Notes under the pieces: generated by a model
Told to the model about the DNA's origin: nothing
The model's input: the letters and a program-made list of their open reading frames with translations, nothing else
Database searches by the model: none
Source of the DNA: Nageia nagi
Taxonomy: Eukaryota > Plantae > Pinophyta
Assembly (NCBI GenBank): GCA_050084985.1
Contig: JBITNC010000001.1
Span: 8,680,001-8,744,000 of the forward strand
DNA: 64,000 nt
Direction of reading: 5' to 3'
In this document: positions 24,720 through 37,100 of the stretch, piece after piece
Layout of the letters: each line of letters begins with the position of its first letter
Numbering within the stretch: the first letter of the stretch is position 1
Program-made: the position numbers and the translations under genes

Positions 24720-27328
24720 ACACTATACAATCTTTCGTGGGTGTTGTGTAATCACCCTATCACCTGATAATGTTTCAAATAGATTCCATTTACTAGGATA
24801 GGTAGCTCTTGGGACCTCGTGATATCTTGAAGTTTAAATGCATTATTTTGCATAGATTGAGTAATGATATAGGGCCCGCTCCACAAGGAATCAAACTTTT
24901 GATGTTTTCCGGGCTTTGCTCTTTCCTCATCCCATTTGAGGATAATGTCTCATGTTTCAAAGTTTACCCGGGAAGACTTTTTCTTGTCAAACCACTTTTT
25001 AACTATTTATTGTTGATGTTGGAAAGACCCATATGCTCTATTTTTGTCTTCTTATAGTTTCATGAGCTGATTGAATCTTGCTTGTAATGGTTCAAAATCA
25101 TAATCTTCCAACTCTTGCAGAACTTTTAGCGCAGGCAACTTAAGATGAATTGGCAATATTGGTTTTTAACCATGTACTAATACATAAGGGATGTCTTGAT
25201 AGCTGATTTGATGCAAATTCTATCTGCCCATAATGCATAGTCTAATTGTGTATGCCATTGTCTGGGATTCCCTTCAATCGTCCTTTTGATGATCTATGTT
25301 AGGTTCTTATTAGTTGATTATGCTAACCCATTCCCTTGTGGGTAATATTTGAAGAGAATAACCAGTAGATCCTGTTGTTTGATACAATAGTCTGTTGGAT
25401 ACCAAAGAGAGTGATTATTCTCTTGATCATCTCTATCACTACTTCCTGATCTGCATTCTTACATGGCATGGCTTCCGACCATCTTGTGAAATACTATGTT
25501 GGAGTCAGAATAAACTTATGGCTTGCTGAGGAATTAGGATTTATAACACAAATGAAATCAAGACCCTATTGTTGGAAAGGTTCCTTAACAACCACAGGCT
25601 TAAGAGGCATTGTAGCTTGTTTTTTTTTCCCACATATCTGCTACATTTGTCACACTCCCGAGCTATCTTGAACGAGTCTTGAAATACAGTAGGCCAATAA
25701 TACTCAGCTTGTAACACTTTTGCTGAAGTGGTTGGACCACTATAGTGTCCTCTAGAGAATCCGTAATGAAATTCATGTAGTATTCTTCAAGCTTCATCAT
25801 AAGTCACACATCTCAATAGGGTTTGATCAAAGTTTTTCCTATAAAGATAGTCATCTATCATCACAAACTTTAATGCTTGCAGCCTGAATCTCCTCCTTTG
25901 AAACCTATATAGGGATTCAAGACATTTACCAATCTGAAAATAAAAAATAAATTATTTAATCCAATCACTTTCTTGATTAAGATGCTTTTCATCTTCTATG
26001 ATAGCAATCATGTGTGAGGTTTCTGCTATATTTTCACAGAGAGCCCTATCCCTAATAAGCTTGGTTGGCTCACTATCTACATTATATTCCATTATCTTTG
26101 CAATCCAATCAGCTTTTCCTTCACCCAATTATTCTTGAATAATATAGTTTCTCACATCAAGGTGGATAGTATATACAAGAATCTTATTATGGGACACAAT
26201 GCTTAAACTTCTTAAGTCTTTTCATTATGGAAAACACTTGTTTCTCGATAAATGAATACCTTTTCTTATGTCGGTGCAGTGTTTGATTATGAAAGGCAAT
26301 TGAATGTTCTTCTTTCTGGTCATTCTTCTATGCTAGAATGGCAATGATACTTTTTTCTGCTCCGTATGCATACATAATGAAATCTTTTGAAAAATCAAGA
26401 TTCTTCAAAATAGGAGCTTCTGTTACAACCCTTTTGATGTCCTGAAAAGCTTGCTTTGCTTCCTCTAACCAGGAGAATACATCTTTTTTTAACATTGCAG
26501 TAATTGGAGAAACTATTTATGAAAAATCATTAATAAATTTCTTAACAAAATTGATTTGACCAAGGAAAGATTGTAGGGTTTTTTTGTTGGAGGGGAGGGG
26601 CAACGCTTCAATGGCTTTTACTCTGTCTGGATAAATTGCCAATCTCTTCTCTGAGACAATGTGACCAAACAATTTTCCTTGGTTAACTATAAAAATGGCC
26701 TTTTTGGGATTAATTGAGATCCCAAATTCTATACATTTTTCAAAAACTTGCTTAAAAGGATGCAAATGATCTTTTCTATTCTTGGAAAATACTATGATAT
26801 CATCCAGGTAGACTAAAATGATCTTGTTTATCAATTCACCAAAGGCATGGTCTATTGCCCTTTGAAATGTAGCTCTAGCATTAGATAGCCCAAAGGGTAT
26901 CCTTTGAAATGTAAATGTCCCCCATTTGGTTGTGAATGCAGTTTTGAATTGATCCTCATCTTTTACCCAAATTTGGTTTAATCCCAAGTAGCCATCAATT
27001 ATAGAAAAACAACATACTCCAGTTATTGTGTGCAGGATTTACTCCATGGGAGGGAGGGGATAATTATCTTTGAGAGACACTTAATTTGGATTTTGAAGTC
27101 TATGCATAACCTAATTTCTCTATTCTTTTTCATTACTGGGACTAGATTGGCAACCCAAGAAAAATGCTTGATAGGATAGATAATTTTAGAATCAAGCAAT
27201 TTAATTAACTCTTGCTTCATGGCTTCTTCAAATTTTGGGTTGACCGGCCTTTGTTTTTGCTTGTATGGTTTGGCTTCTGGTTTAAGTTCAATGGTGTGCT
27301 GGATCACATTTGTGTCATATGTTTTCAA
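24720..27328 (-). pseudogene. Tat pol: RT (27328-26517), RNase H and integrase, heavily degenerate
   Basis: LCIDF, KTAFTTKWGTF, PFGLSNA, VYLDD, FLGQINF in RT; integrase remnants GHYSGPTT, AGYYWP-like and YYPQGNG-like further left. Confidence 0.88.
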
Positions 27329-27838
27329 ATCATCATAAGTCTAGGCAATTGCTTTTGAGAACTAGTGATAAATCTGAAAAATGTTCTTTTTTTATTCTTC
27401 AGAACACTTTGATCCAACCTTTATACATTTTTCGGGTTCTACTTTCATCTCAATATTACCCTCCTTTTGAATAGCCAAGGATTTAGCTTTCTGAACATCT
27501 TTTGAATCAAACAATCTTTTAAAAGAAAGCAATTCTTTTGGTATGACATTGTTTCTAAGTTGAATTACATCTAACTTTTGGAAATAGTCAGGTAGTTCTT
27601 CAATACCAAAGGTATGAGCCACTGCTTCATCTAATAGGAAATTCATAATGTGTTCATCAAAGTCAAACAGTTGCTAGAAGTTTGCAACATCAAGCATTGA
27701 TGGTCCACATTGAAGTTTGACTCCAAAGCTTCCTCTCTTGTAATGAGCATGGTTATAACGTTCCCTTTTACCAGCAAGTGCATTAGCAACTTGATTATAC
27801 CTTCTAGAAATTGAGATAAAATTAATAACTAGGAATGA

Positions 27839-28861
27839 CTATAGTAAGGTCCATATTCTATTCCTGTAGGTTTTCAGATAGTGATGTTTTGCACTAATTT
27901 GGTTTTTAATTTGCTTTACGACCAATTCAAAATCACCATGCACAATTAGACATTTGATGCCCATGCTAATTGCTTTGGAAAACCCTAAACAGAGGGCTTC
28001 ATACTCAACAACATTGTTTGTGTAAATCCATGTGAATCTGAATGAAAATCTTCTCATATGTTCCTCTAGCAATTCAAAGACAACACCAGCTCCGCATCCA
28101 TGTTTACATCTTGCCCCATCAAAGTACATTGTCCATATCTCATGTTTCTTTTCAGCTGTGACTGAAATTGGCTGCACATTTTCATATAAACAATAGTTTC
28201 TCATGCCAATGTTTGTGACGTGATAATTGAGGTGATTTGCTGAAAGAAGTTCATTTGTTAGTAGTGTTTCTCTGAGTGCATCTCTTTCAAACACTTCTAC
28301 AAGTTCAGAGCCATTCATATAGTTATATTTTGTGATCTTCTTAAGATGAACACTTTTGGTACTCTCATTTAGAATCATTACTTGTTTATTTTGGAAAGGG
28401 AGTAAAAGATGTGTATAATCCAAAGCTAAGTATCCTCCCAATTTAACAGTAAACTCTCTAGACAAACAGATTCCAAATAGAGTTGGAAGGTCAACAACAA
28501 TAATATCTTGAATGACACAGATATCAAGGAATGCATTAAGAGTAATTGAAACTCCTTTAACACTACCAACGACATCTATTGAGGAAGAATCTAATTGTAT
28601 GGCACCATCAATGCATCTCGTGATATATAATTTCTTTTCATTTGCAACAGCTTTGGGGATTACGATAATAGTAGCTTCGGTATCTATCATGCAATTATTA
28701 ACTACCCAACCTTCTAGTCTAAAGGACATATAGAAAGGTGAAGGTCTTCTTATACCTATAAAAGCCAAAGGGACATCATCAGATATTGCAAAGACAACAT
28801 TACCCTCATTTACCTTTTTTTTACCACTTTTCAACTTCAAAGCTTCTTGCAAAAGGTCCAT
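27839..28861 (-). CDS. Tat aspartic protease followed directly by an additional (archaeal-type) RNase H domain
   Basis: NCMIDTEAT protease-like motif, then WTMYFDGA..GAGVV..TNNVVEYEAL..HGDFELVVKQI (RNase HI), located upstream of RT. Confidence 0.85.
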   Translation of the reverse strand: MDLLQEALKLKSGKKKVNEGNVVFAISDDVPLAFIGIRRPSPFYMSFRLEGWVVNNCMIDTEATIIVIPKAVANEKKLYITRCIDGAIQLDSSSIDVVGSVKGVSITLNAFLDICVIQDIIVVDLPTLFGICLSREFTVKLGGYLALDYTHLLLPFQNKQVMILNESTKSVHLKKITKYNYMNGSELVEVFERDALRETLLTNELLSANHLNYHVTNIGMRNYCLYENVQPISVTAEKKHEIWTMYFDGARCKHGCGAGVVFELLEEHMRRFSFRFTWIYTNNVVEYEALCLGFSKAISMGIKCLIVHGDFELVVKQIKNQISAKHHYLKTYRNRIWTLL

Positions 28862-29395
28862 CTATTTCGAAATCCTTAATGCATCAAACATGGTCATTTT
28901 GGAAAGCATTTTCTTCAATTCTTCCACAATGTTATATGGAGCATAAGGGACAAGCTTACTTGTTTCGACGGATTGATATGTTTTGAATTGCTGAGTGGCC
29001 TTTTTTTTATAATGATCAGTGATAAAAGGATATCTTAATGAATGATGCCTCTCTTTCTTTGAGAGTTCTTTTCTTGTCACAACGGGATTTCCTGCTACAG
29101 GGGTAGTATTACCCGGGTCCTAAGAAATATGATCCGAATGTTCAGGAAGTTGATTTTCTTGATTTTGTGGTTGAATCACAAGAGTCTTAGCTCTTTTTGA
29201 TTCAGGTTGTACTGGAATGGTTTGTTGATTTTGCTAAGCGGCTTGGGGCTATTGCTGAGTTGTTGAAGAAGAAGCTCTAGTTTGAACACAATTTTCTTGT
29301 TCTCCAGCATAACTTGGAAGTCAAAAATTAACCATGGTAAGGTTAGCAATAGGATCTGATGCAGGTTCTACCATTTGGTCTGAATGCAAGCTCAA

Positions 29396-30514
29396 CTATT
29401 GGTGTTGATACACAGCGTATGAGTCTGGACAATGAGGAGCTGAACATGGAGGGTACCACTTTGTAATGTCCGTAGTATCACTCTTTGCAGCACTAATAAC
29501 CGTATTATCAATTGCTTTAGGAACATTAGGTAGTTTTGTTTGGTTCTTGGGCTGAAATCTAGGTTGATACTGGTTATCATATCTTCTGTAATTAAAGTTT
29601 TGATTCTGTCTCGCTTGCAAAGTGAACTTATTTGTAAGATTCGTAATAGTTACCTCCAATTGCCTTATCCTTTCTTCCTCTTGAGATTTAGAATCAACAT
29701 TTGTACTAGTAGATGCAAGAGCAGGTAGTGCTGGTACTTGATTTTGAATGATAGGCTTGGGAGGAGGAGATGGTAAGGCTAACACTTCAAGATGAGTAAT
29801 TTGTGAAGCTTGTTTAGGAGGTAAATTAGGAAACAAAGGCATAATAGTTCTTGCTTGTAGCTTTCCAGAGGATACTAAGGTATGTTTAGAGGTTTTAGCC
29901 GTTTGGTAAACATTAGAGAAAGTATCTCCAGACATAACAATAAGCATATTAAGATCAGGAAGAAAAACTTTCCTATAATATACCAAGGCTTGTGCATTTG
30001 TTGGTCTAATCCTTATCAGGATAGATTTCCATGTTTTCTTAAATCTGATATTGAAATCATCAATAGACTTATGAGTGTGCTGTTTGATGCATGCTATAAG
30101 GCTCAGAAAGGTACTATTATCACCATCTGCAGCAAATCTTTTGATTAGCGCTTGACATAACTTTCCCCAGGTATTTATAGATTGAGGGGTGAGAGTTCTA
30201 AACCATTCAGCTGCTTTGCCTTCAAAAGAATGCAATAGCAATCTGGTCATCACTGTTTCATCAGTGATATCAAAACTTGAAGCCAAAAGATAAATATCCT
30301 GACAGTGCTCATATGGTGTTTTGCCAGACCCATCATACTTAAGCAAAAATTTGAAAGTTCCTTGGGGAACAACTGGGGAATTAGCAAAAAACCAAAGGAT
30401 GTCCGTTATTCCAAGCAGGGAAATCAGCAGGAGCAAGTTGAGCCATGCTTGGACCACTGGTATCAAGTGAAGGATTTTTCGGGGCATAGTCAAATATGGC
30501 CGATAATGGAACAA
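29396..30514 (-). CDS. Tat gag (Retrotrans_gag)
   Basis: KYDGSG..HC, RLLLHSFEGKAAEWF...INTWGKLCQALIKRF, IKQ..SIDDFNIRF. Confidence 0.85.
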   Translation of the reverse strand: MFHYRPYLTMPRKILHLIPVVQAWLNLLLLISLLGITDILWFFANSPVVPQGTFKFLLKYDGSGKTPYEHCQDIYLLASSFDITDETVMTRLLLHSFEGKAAEWFRTLTPQSINTWGKLCQALIKRFAADGDNSTFLSLIACIKQHTHKSIDDFNIRFKKTWKSILIRIRPTNAQALVYYRKVFLPDLNMLIVMSGDTFSNVYQTAKTSKHTLVSSGKLQARTIMPLFPNLPPKQASQITHLEVLALPSPPPKPIIQNQVPALPALASTSTNVDSKSQEEERIRQLEVTITNLTNKFTLQARQNQNFNYRRYDNQYQPRFQPKNQTKLPNVPKAIDNTVISAAKSDTTDITKWYPPCSAPHCPDSYAVYQHQ

Positions 30515-30794
30515 ATTTCAAAGGAATTTGAGGAGACAAAGTCCGGGTAATCTTTCGCCTAGTCCTATGAGAAATTGATAGCTTTTGAAATATTGACTGT
30601 CTGAGGGAATTTTTGGCACTACTTCTAGTAAGTCTGCTTTCTGGAGGTGTCAGGGTTCGAAATGTTGACTAGTTGACAACAGAGTCGCCAATAAGGTAAC
30701 AAAAACCTTATAATATTTCAAAGCACTTAGTGATAACTTACCAGATACAACTATCTGGCCTATTCACACTCACTAAATATGGAATTTAGCTCGC

Positions 30795-30812
30795 GTCCCA
30801 CCGGATCTGCCA
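30795..30812 (-). promoter_or_regulatory. Putative tRNA-Arg-type primer binding site TGGCAGATCCGGTGGGAC
   Basis: Resembles the Tat/Ogre PBS TGGCACGCCCGGTGGGAC (recalled) but lies 59 nt inside the TSD-defined LTR end. Confidence 0.55.
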
Positions 30813-30871
30813 AAAACGAACTTTTCTACTATTGATCGGTATAATGTAACCTCAAGGGTTTTGTCTGGTCG

Positions 30872-32695
30872 TGTTCTCCATTGTCTGCAACAGTAAGGTC
30901 CTTGAAAGAGCAGAAGGAGGTGGGGAATGCGCTCGTATTGGTTTTCTGCTCAATCTTCGGATTATAGGCTGATTCCTATCTATTTTGAAGGTTAAAAGTA
31001 ACAGAAAAGAGATAAAAAGGTTAAGAGTAATAAGAAAGAGATGAACATATTAAACAAAGAAAGCAAACTTGACACTAAATAGCCCGGGCATTGCAGCACA
31101 GACAACAATCCATAATCAAGATTAAGAATAGTAAACTATCTTTCCCTTGGAGTCTCACAATCACAATACACAACCACAATTTAAGATAAGACTTCATGCA
31201 TAGCATTCACAAAGTGTAACAGATAGCCACATGTTGCAAAAGGCAAAGCATTATCAAATTGCATTATCACACATGAAAGCATGTTACACACTGGGCAAAT
31301 TTGCTAGAATGTCCGACTCTTGGGCCTATAACAATCCATTATTTATATATCTACAATTGGGTGGTTGTCCGCCATTAATGCTCTTAACTAAGCTACTGAC
31401 TGAGAAGAGTATAAGGAACTATTTACAAATGTACAAATTATAGTTGCAACTGTGCTAGATTACACAGTGACTAAGTACAATCAGCACCAAATTTTGGAAG
31501 TTTGACATCTCTAGACTGTTGTACTTCTCAGCTACAATCCTATTGATATGTCTTTGACTGGATCCTCTTGAGATTGTAGCAGATTATGAATGCATGGTTT
31601 GCCGGCTTGATTTGTACGGTTTAGCTCTGTGCTCTGTCAGTAGCCATCTAATTGTTTGCGACCATTAATGGTGATCATTGTAGTTTTGGGTTGCATAGAA
31701 TAATGAGGGTAATGAATATTGTATCATGGAGATCCCAGGAAGAATTGCTATTGTGATGTGGTAATGAGTTGTGGTTGATGCATTGACAGAGCCCCGGGGG
31801 TCAAACACTCATGATTAAGTGGACCTAGGTGTTCTTCCTAACTCATTATTCCTTTTTTTGCTTGATGGGTTCTGTTTCCTCTCAACGGGATTTAGTGATA
31901 GCAAAAACTTAACACCCGTTGATTTTAGACATGTCTAACATCATCACTTAAAATCATCAGGTTTTGTTTGCTGGTTCTTTTGAAATATCTTCCGCTGAAT
32001 GTCATAACTCCTGCGTATGATTTTCTCGAGACCCATTGATTTTAGGGAAAAAGTATGATGTCATTGCTCGAAATCGGCAGGCTCTGGACAATGGACTTCT
32101 TGAAATATCTCCCTTGATTTTTGACATATTGTGGAACTTTTCGTCTAGAAATCCATGGGCTTTACTATATTACCCGTTGGTGACTTCGACTCAATAGAGA
32201 CTCTTATCTACAATACTTCCCGGAAAGATCTAGGTTTCTACAATACCCGGTCTTGACTTAGACATTTACTTCCTTTACATGTGTTGGTATCTCCCGCACA
32301 CGACACATTACTTCCCGGATATGACTTTGACATATTAACAATGACTTATGACTTTAGAATTATGTACGGTTATCGGAAAGTATTAGGCAAATTATGATCA
32401 ACCTCAGGGACATATTACAACATCTGCTAGATAGCGGTTAAGCTTCGAACCAAAATGTTTAAGACTTATTTACATAAATAGTACCTAGACTATTGATAGT
32501 ACCCAGAACTTTCAAGACTTAACAAACTCTGACAAAATGACTAAGTACAAAGAATAGACACCTTTCGAATATTTACAAAATGTGAAAGGGGAATAAGAAG
32601 TAGGAATTAAAAATGAATTTATTTGAAATTAATGAAAGAATAAAAAATATCAGAATGTTACCCTATTCTTAGAGTGTGATTATGAAAGAATAACA
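30872..32695 (-). repeat. 5' LTR of the Tat element (1,824 bp)
   Basis: Direct repeat of 12892-14579, with extra segments near 31355-31435 and 31803-31858. Confidence 0.92.
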
Positions 32696-34117
32696 CTTAG
32701 TATATAGGTACATTGGTTATCTCAATGTTTTAGGTATGTATATGCATGCAACCTTTTGGTATACTAATGAGACTTGGCTTTCTCATATATGTGAGTGATC
32801 TCCCCAAGAGAGTATTCCCAGTGTACTGTGTTTATACACAATTGACGATCTTTCTAAGGTTAAGTTCTAGTTTATATTCTATAGGGGTCTCCTGATATAC
32901 TTGACGATGCATGGAAGCTCAATCACATATATAGGTTTTGTCTAAGGCTTTGGTATTGGGGCATTTTTTTGCACCTCACTTCACATGTTGCTTTACGGGC
33001 TAGTGTGCTTAGCCAAGAATGATAGAACATTGCGATATTTGAAATACCAGAAATAGAAATTCATAGATGCAGGTGGTCAAAAATAAGAGCGCTTCCTATT
33101 ATTGTTGGCTTCTTCAAGATGCTAATTTCCAAAATGAGCATAGCTTGAATTACAATTATTTACAATGATCCACTTGGCTTTCAACAAGGATCTTCAAGAT
33201 CATATCATTGTTCAAACCTTAACCCTAACCTAAACATATCACTTTGTGCTGGAAATATCACATCTGAACATTACTAAATACACCAAAACATTATAAAGTA
33301 AGAATATTCATTATTACATAATACAAGCATAAGTGGCTATGTAACTTGCATACCATAAAAATTAAAGATATAATTCATTCCTTAAATATATGGTCAGCAT
33401 TCAATTCTCAGAAACATAGTCACGAAATTCTGCAAATATTATGTTTATGTATCCGAATGTTTGCTGAGTCAATGAAAATGAATATTTGGCAAAAATCATA
33501 TATTTTAAGAATATACAACTATTACCTCTGAATATTCTTGATTAACTGCTGAATAATCACTATTTGATGTATATTTAGTATATTTTTCATTTTCAAGTTG
33601 CTGCGTTTTTGCCAAATTTTCTTTGAATGGCCGAATTTAAGAACAAATCCAAATGATTATTGGCTAAATCCAAATTTTGCTACTATGCTCAAAACACAAA
33701 TCAAAACTAAACACAACCAAATAGCTCACCATGAATTCCAAATTATATGAAACAAGTGATTATCCAAACCTGATTTACATTAGTATGCAACATGTTACTC
33801 ATGTTTTTGGCCATCTTATGGTAGGGCTACAAAATCAAACAGGACTAACCAATTTCTAGGGTTTACCAACTATGCAATTGGTCTATAGTAGTTCTATATC
33901 ACTCTCAAAACACAAGACATAGTTATAATTTAATCTAGCCTTCAATTTAGAGTCACTATCTTATTCATTGACTACATCCCATGGATCTTAACAATCATTA
34001 TGCTCATAAATATACATTTTTACCCTGTCATCTCTTTTGCATTTCTGAGAGCTTATGATAGCTCTCTTTAATGCCGATACACATTCTTAACTTTCTACAG
34101 CCATATCACCTTTATAC

Positions 34118-37100
34118 CATAGAATAAAAAGACAGTTTTTTGAAAATACGGTCGGGGGCCAAAGACGGAAAAACGGCCTTTAAACGGTCAAAATACGTTG
34201 AATACGGCAAAAATTTGACTCTAAAAATACGTAAATACGGAAAAAACGGGGGGAAAACGGAAAAGAAATGGAAAATACGTGATCAAAAAACGGAAAATAT
34301 GGCAAATAAACAGACAAAAGATGAGGAAAGTACAAAAAATTTGAGGAAAAAACGTGATGCATTGAAAAAAAAAACAAATTTTTAACTTTTTCTATATAAT
34401 ATGCTTATCTAATTACCATAAATGATTAAATCATTCACATAAACGATCATATCAGCTACCAACTACCAAATTACAAACACATTCATATTTCATAAATCAT
34501 ATCATCGATATATGAAAATAAAAGGCATCTACAAAATGTCTATCAGTTCATAAGTTATAAATCTACTACTACTAGTATTGTCACTATTGTGACACTATCC
34601 CATACACTCATGAGTCATAATGCCACTAAGTGTCCATTGCTAACTTGCTAAGCACCAACAAAGTACAAAATACAAATAATCATAAATAACTAAAAACAAT
34701 GTCTCATGAGTCATGACTCCATGTGTGGGCATTGGGGACTCATCAATATGTGCGGTCCGGGGCTCTAGCCCTTTTACTATGCAATCAGTCACCACCACTA
34801 GTACTACGGCTACCAGTACGAGTACCACGTGCTCCACTAATAGGTGTAGTAGGAGACTCAGAATGAAAAGGTGGTCTCGTAGGGGTAGGAGTACTACGAG
34901 GAGGCAATCCTAAACTACTAGAACCGCCACCAACACTCTTGCGGGGCTTTTGCCTAATCCTTTGGTACCGAACAAGTGGCTCATCATCATCAGGCTCACT
35001 CTCAATGTCTCGGAAAACCCGATGCTCATGAACCTGGTGAGGTCCAACACCATGATCAATCTCCACAGGAGGAAATGGATCAAAACGCTGATGCTCCTCC
35101 TTCTCCTCCCCCTCCTCATCTTCTGCATGCTCCTCCTCCTTGCCCTCATCTACAAGTTCATCTATCTCCTGCTCCATATCAAGCCATTCTTCTCGAAATG
35201 CTTCATGTAACTCCTCCTCTGGATCTGCCACTACATCCACTGGAGGTGCATCACTGTCAAAAAAACAAAAAACAAGTCTACATTTATAATTTTATAGGAC
35301 CTATCAAGATATTTTAAAAATCACATGTAGAGGGGTGCTAGGTGGGAGTAAAAATGAAGAAGATAACCTATATGAGGGATTAATGGCAGTCAAGTTAATG
35401 GGCTCATCCTCATCCTTCTTTTGCAGTTGCCTCACATACAATCGTAGGTTGACATAAATGTACACAATATTATTCAAGCGTTGTGTTGTCAACCTATTAA
35501 CATAAAAAAAAATGAGATAATGATAATTGAGAGTGAGATTTGAGAAGTAAGAAATTTCCATTGCATTTTGAAAGTTGACAGGAATCACAATTGGAATGAA
35601 TCAAATTACTAACCTGTTGCGCTTCTTGGAGTGAATTTTTTCAAATGCACTACAATTGCGCTCACATCCTGAAGCGCTACATGTTTGACTAAGGATGCGA
35701 ATGGCAAATCTTTGCAACTCAGGTGTTTCACCCTCAAAATTCGCCCACCACAACTCTAAAAAAATGTAGTAATATCAATTCAGAAAACATTAAATATTTA
35801 AATGCCTAAATGTATAAACTTAAAAGTAACGCATGAATTTTGTATTTTTCTCACCTGGAGCAATCGTGAAACGTGCCTCCCTAGCGGATTGATACCCAAA
35901 GAGGCGTCTTGAGTGCTTGTATGATTTAAGCTCCTTGAAGATTTTGGATTGAGTGGTAGGATTCTGCACCATACCAGCTACACATTTTGTAAGCCCCAAG
36001 TTAGCATGAGTATCAGTCTTGTATTTTGAGTTTGGTGCAAAATACAAGATAGGGTTTAAGATGGCCCCTGCTCCATGAGTAGGGCGATACAACATATTCC
36101 ACCACCGTTCATCAATGAGAGCCCAAAACTCCATGTGCTTATTACCAAACTCATTATCCTCATCAGGGTGGTCAATATAATAATGCATTATGGCCTCCTT
36201 GGCCCTAGCCATAGCCTCATACAAATAGTCCATAGTGGGCCTATCACTATCAACTAGACGTAGGACTTGTACAAGTGGTCCTGCCACGCTACAATTCTCT
36301 CTGAGCGCCGCCCAAAAATTATCATGGATATCAATGAAGACACGACCATACCCTTTGGACTCGTGCTCATGGCTGTATCACTCCACTTTCTAGAAACAAA
36401 CATGGAACGCAACTCATGCATATTCCAAAATAGCAATTGAAGGTTGATGAAATTGGAGGCAAAACGTGTAACTCCTAGGCGCAACAAGTCCCTGTCGTTG
36501 GTGTACCTCCTCATCATACTAAGAATAGTGGTTTTATTATAAATATACCTAGTAACACAAGATAAGAAATTAAGAATCAAGATAGTTTAAGAGTAAGAAT
36601 ATAAGATAAGAAAAAAATATGATAAGATAAAACAAGATAAGATAGATGTACCTCGTGATTGCCCTAGCTTGGTCAACCACCTCTTTCACCCAAGCCATTT
36701 TTCCTATGTCCTCGAAAAGAAGTCAATGCAATGACAAGCACATGGAGTCCAGTACAAGGAGGGATACATATTCATGAGCTTGCTACCTGTTGCAACATAA
36801 CTAGAAGCATTGTCTGTGATCACCTGAACAACATGCTCCGGCCCCAACTCCTTCACAAACTGATCCAATAAGTCACATAACAAGTTTGCATCTTTTGCCT
36901 TATTGGATGCATCAATGGATTTCTTAAATATTGTCGCATATTTGGAGTATACCAGAAAATTAATCAAGCTTCTTCTCTTACTATCAGACCACCCATCAGA
37001 TAGTATTGTGCAACCCGATAACTTCCAAGATTCTTCAATATCAACCATTTTAAAAACAATAAAATAAAAATAAAATAAATTATAAAACAACTAAATAAAA

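Larger units (their letters stand above)
12892..32695 (-). mobile_element. Ty3/gypsy Tat-type LTR retrotransposon (gag-PR-aRH-RT-RH-INT plus accessory ORF), degenerate, with nested insertion
   Basis: Direct-repeat LTRs 12892-14579 and 30872-32695 (TGTT..AACA), perfect TSD CTTAG/CTTAG, and minus-strand coding domains. Confidence 0.92.

Noticed and set aside
33214-33236. AACCTTAACCCTAACCTAAAC telomere-like run
   Set aside because: Only about three imperfect units; not a credible interstitial telomere.
34910-35317. His/Pro-rich and Leu-rich ORFs on the + strand
   Set aside because: Antisense shadows of the acidic last exon of the hAT transposase.
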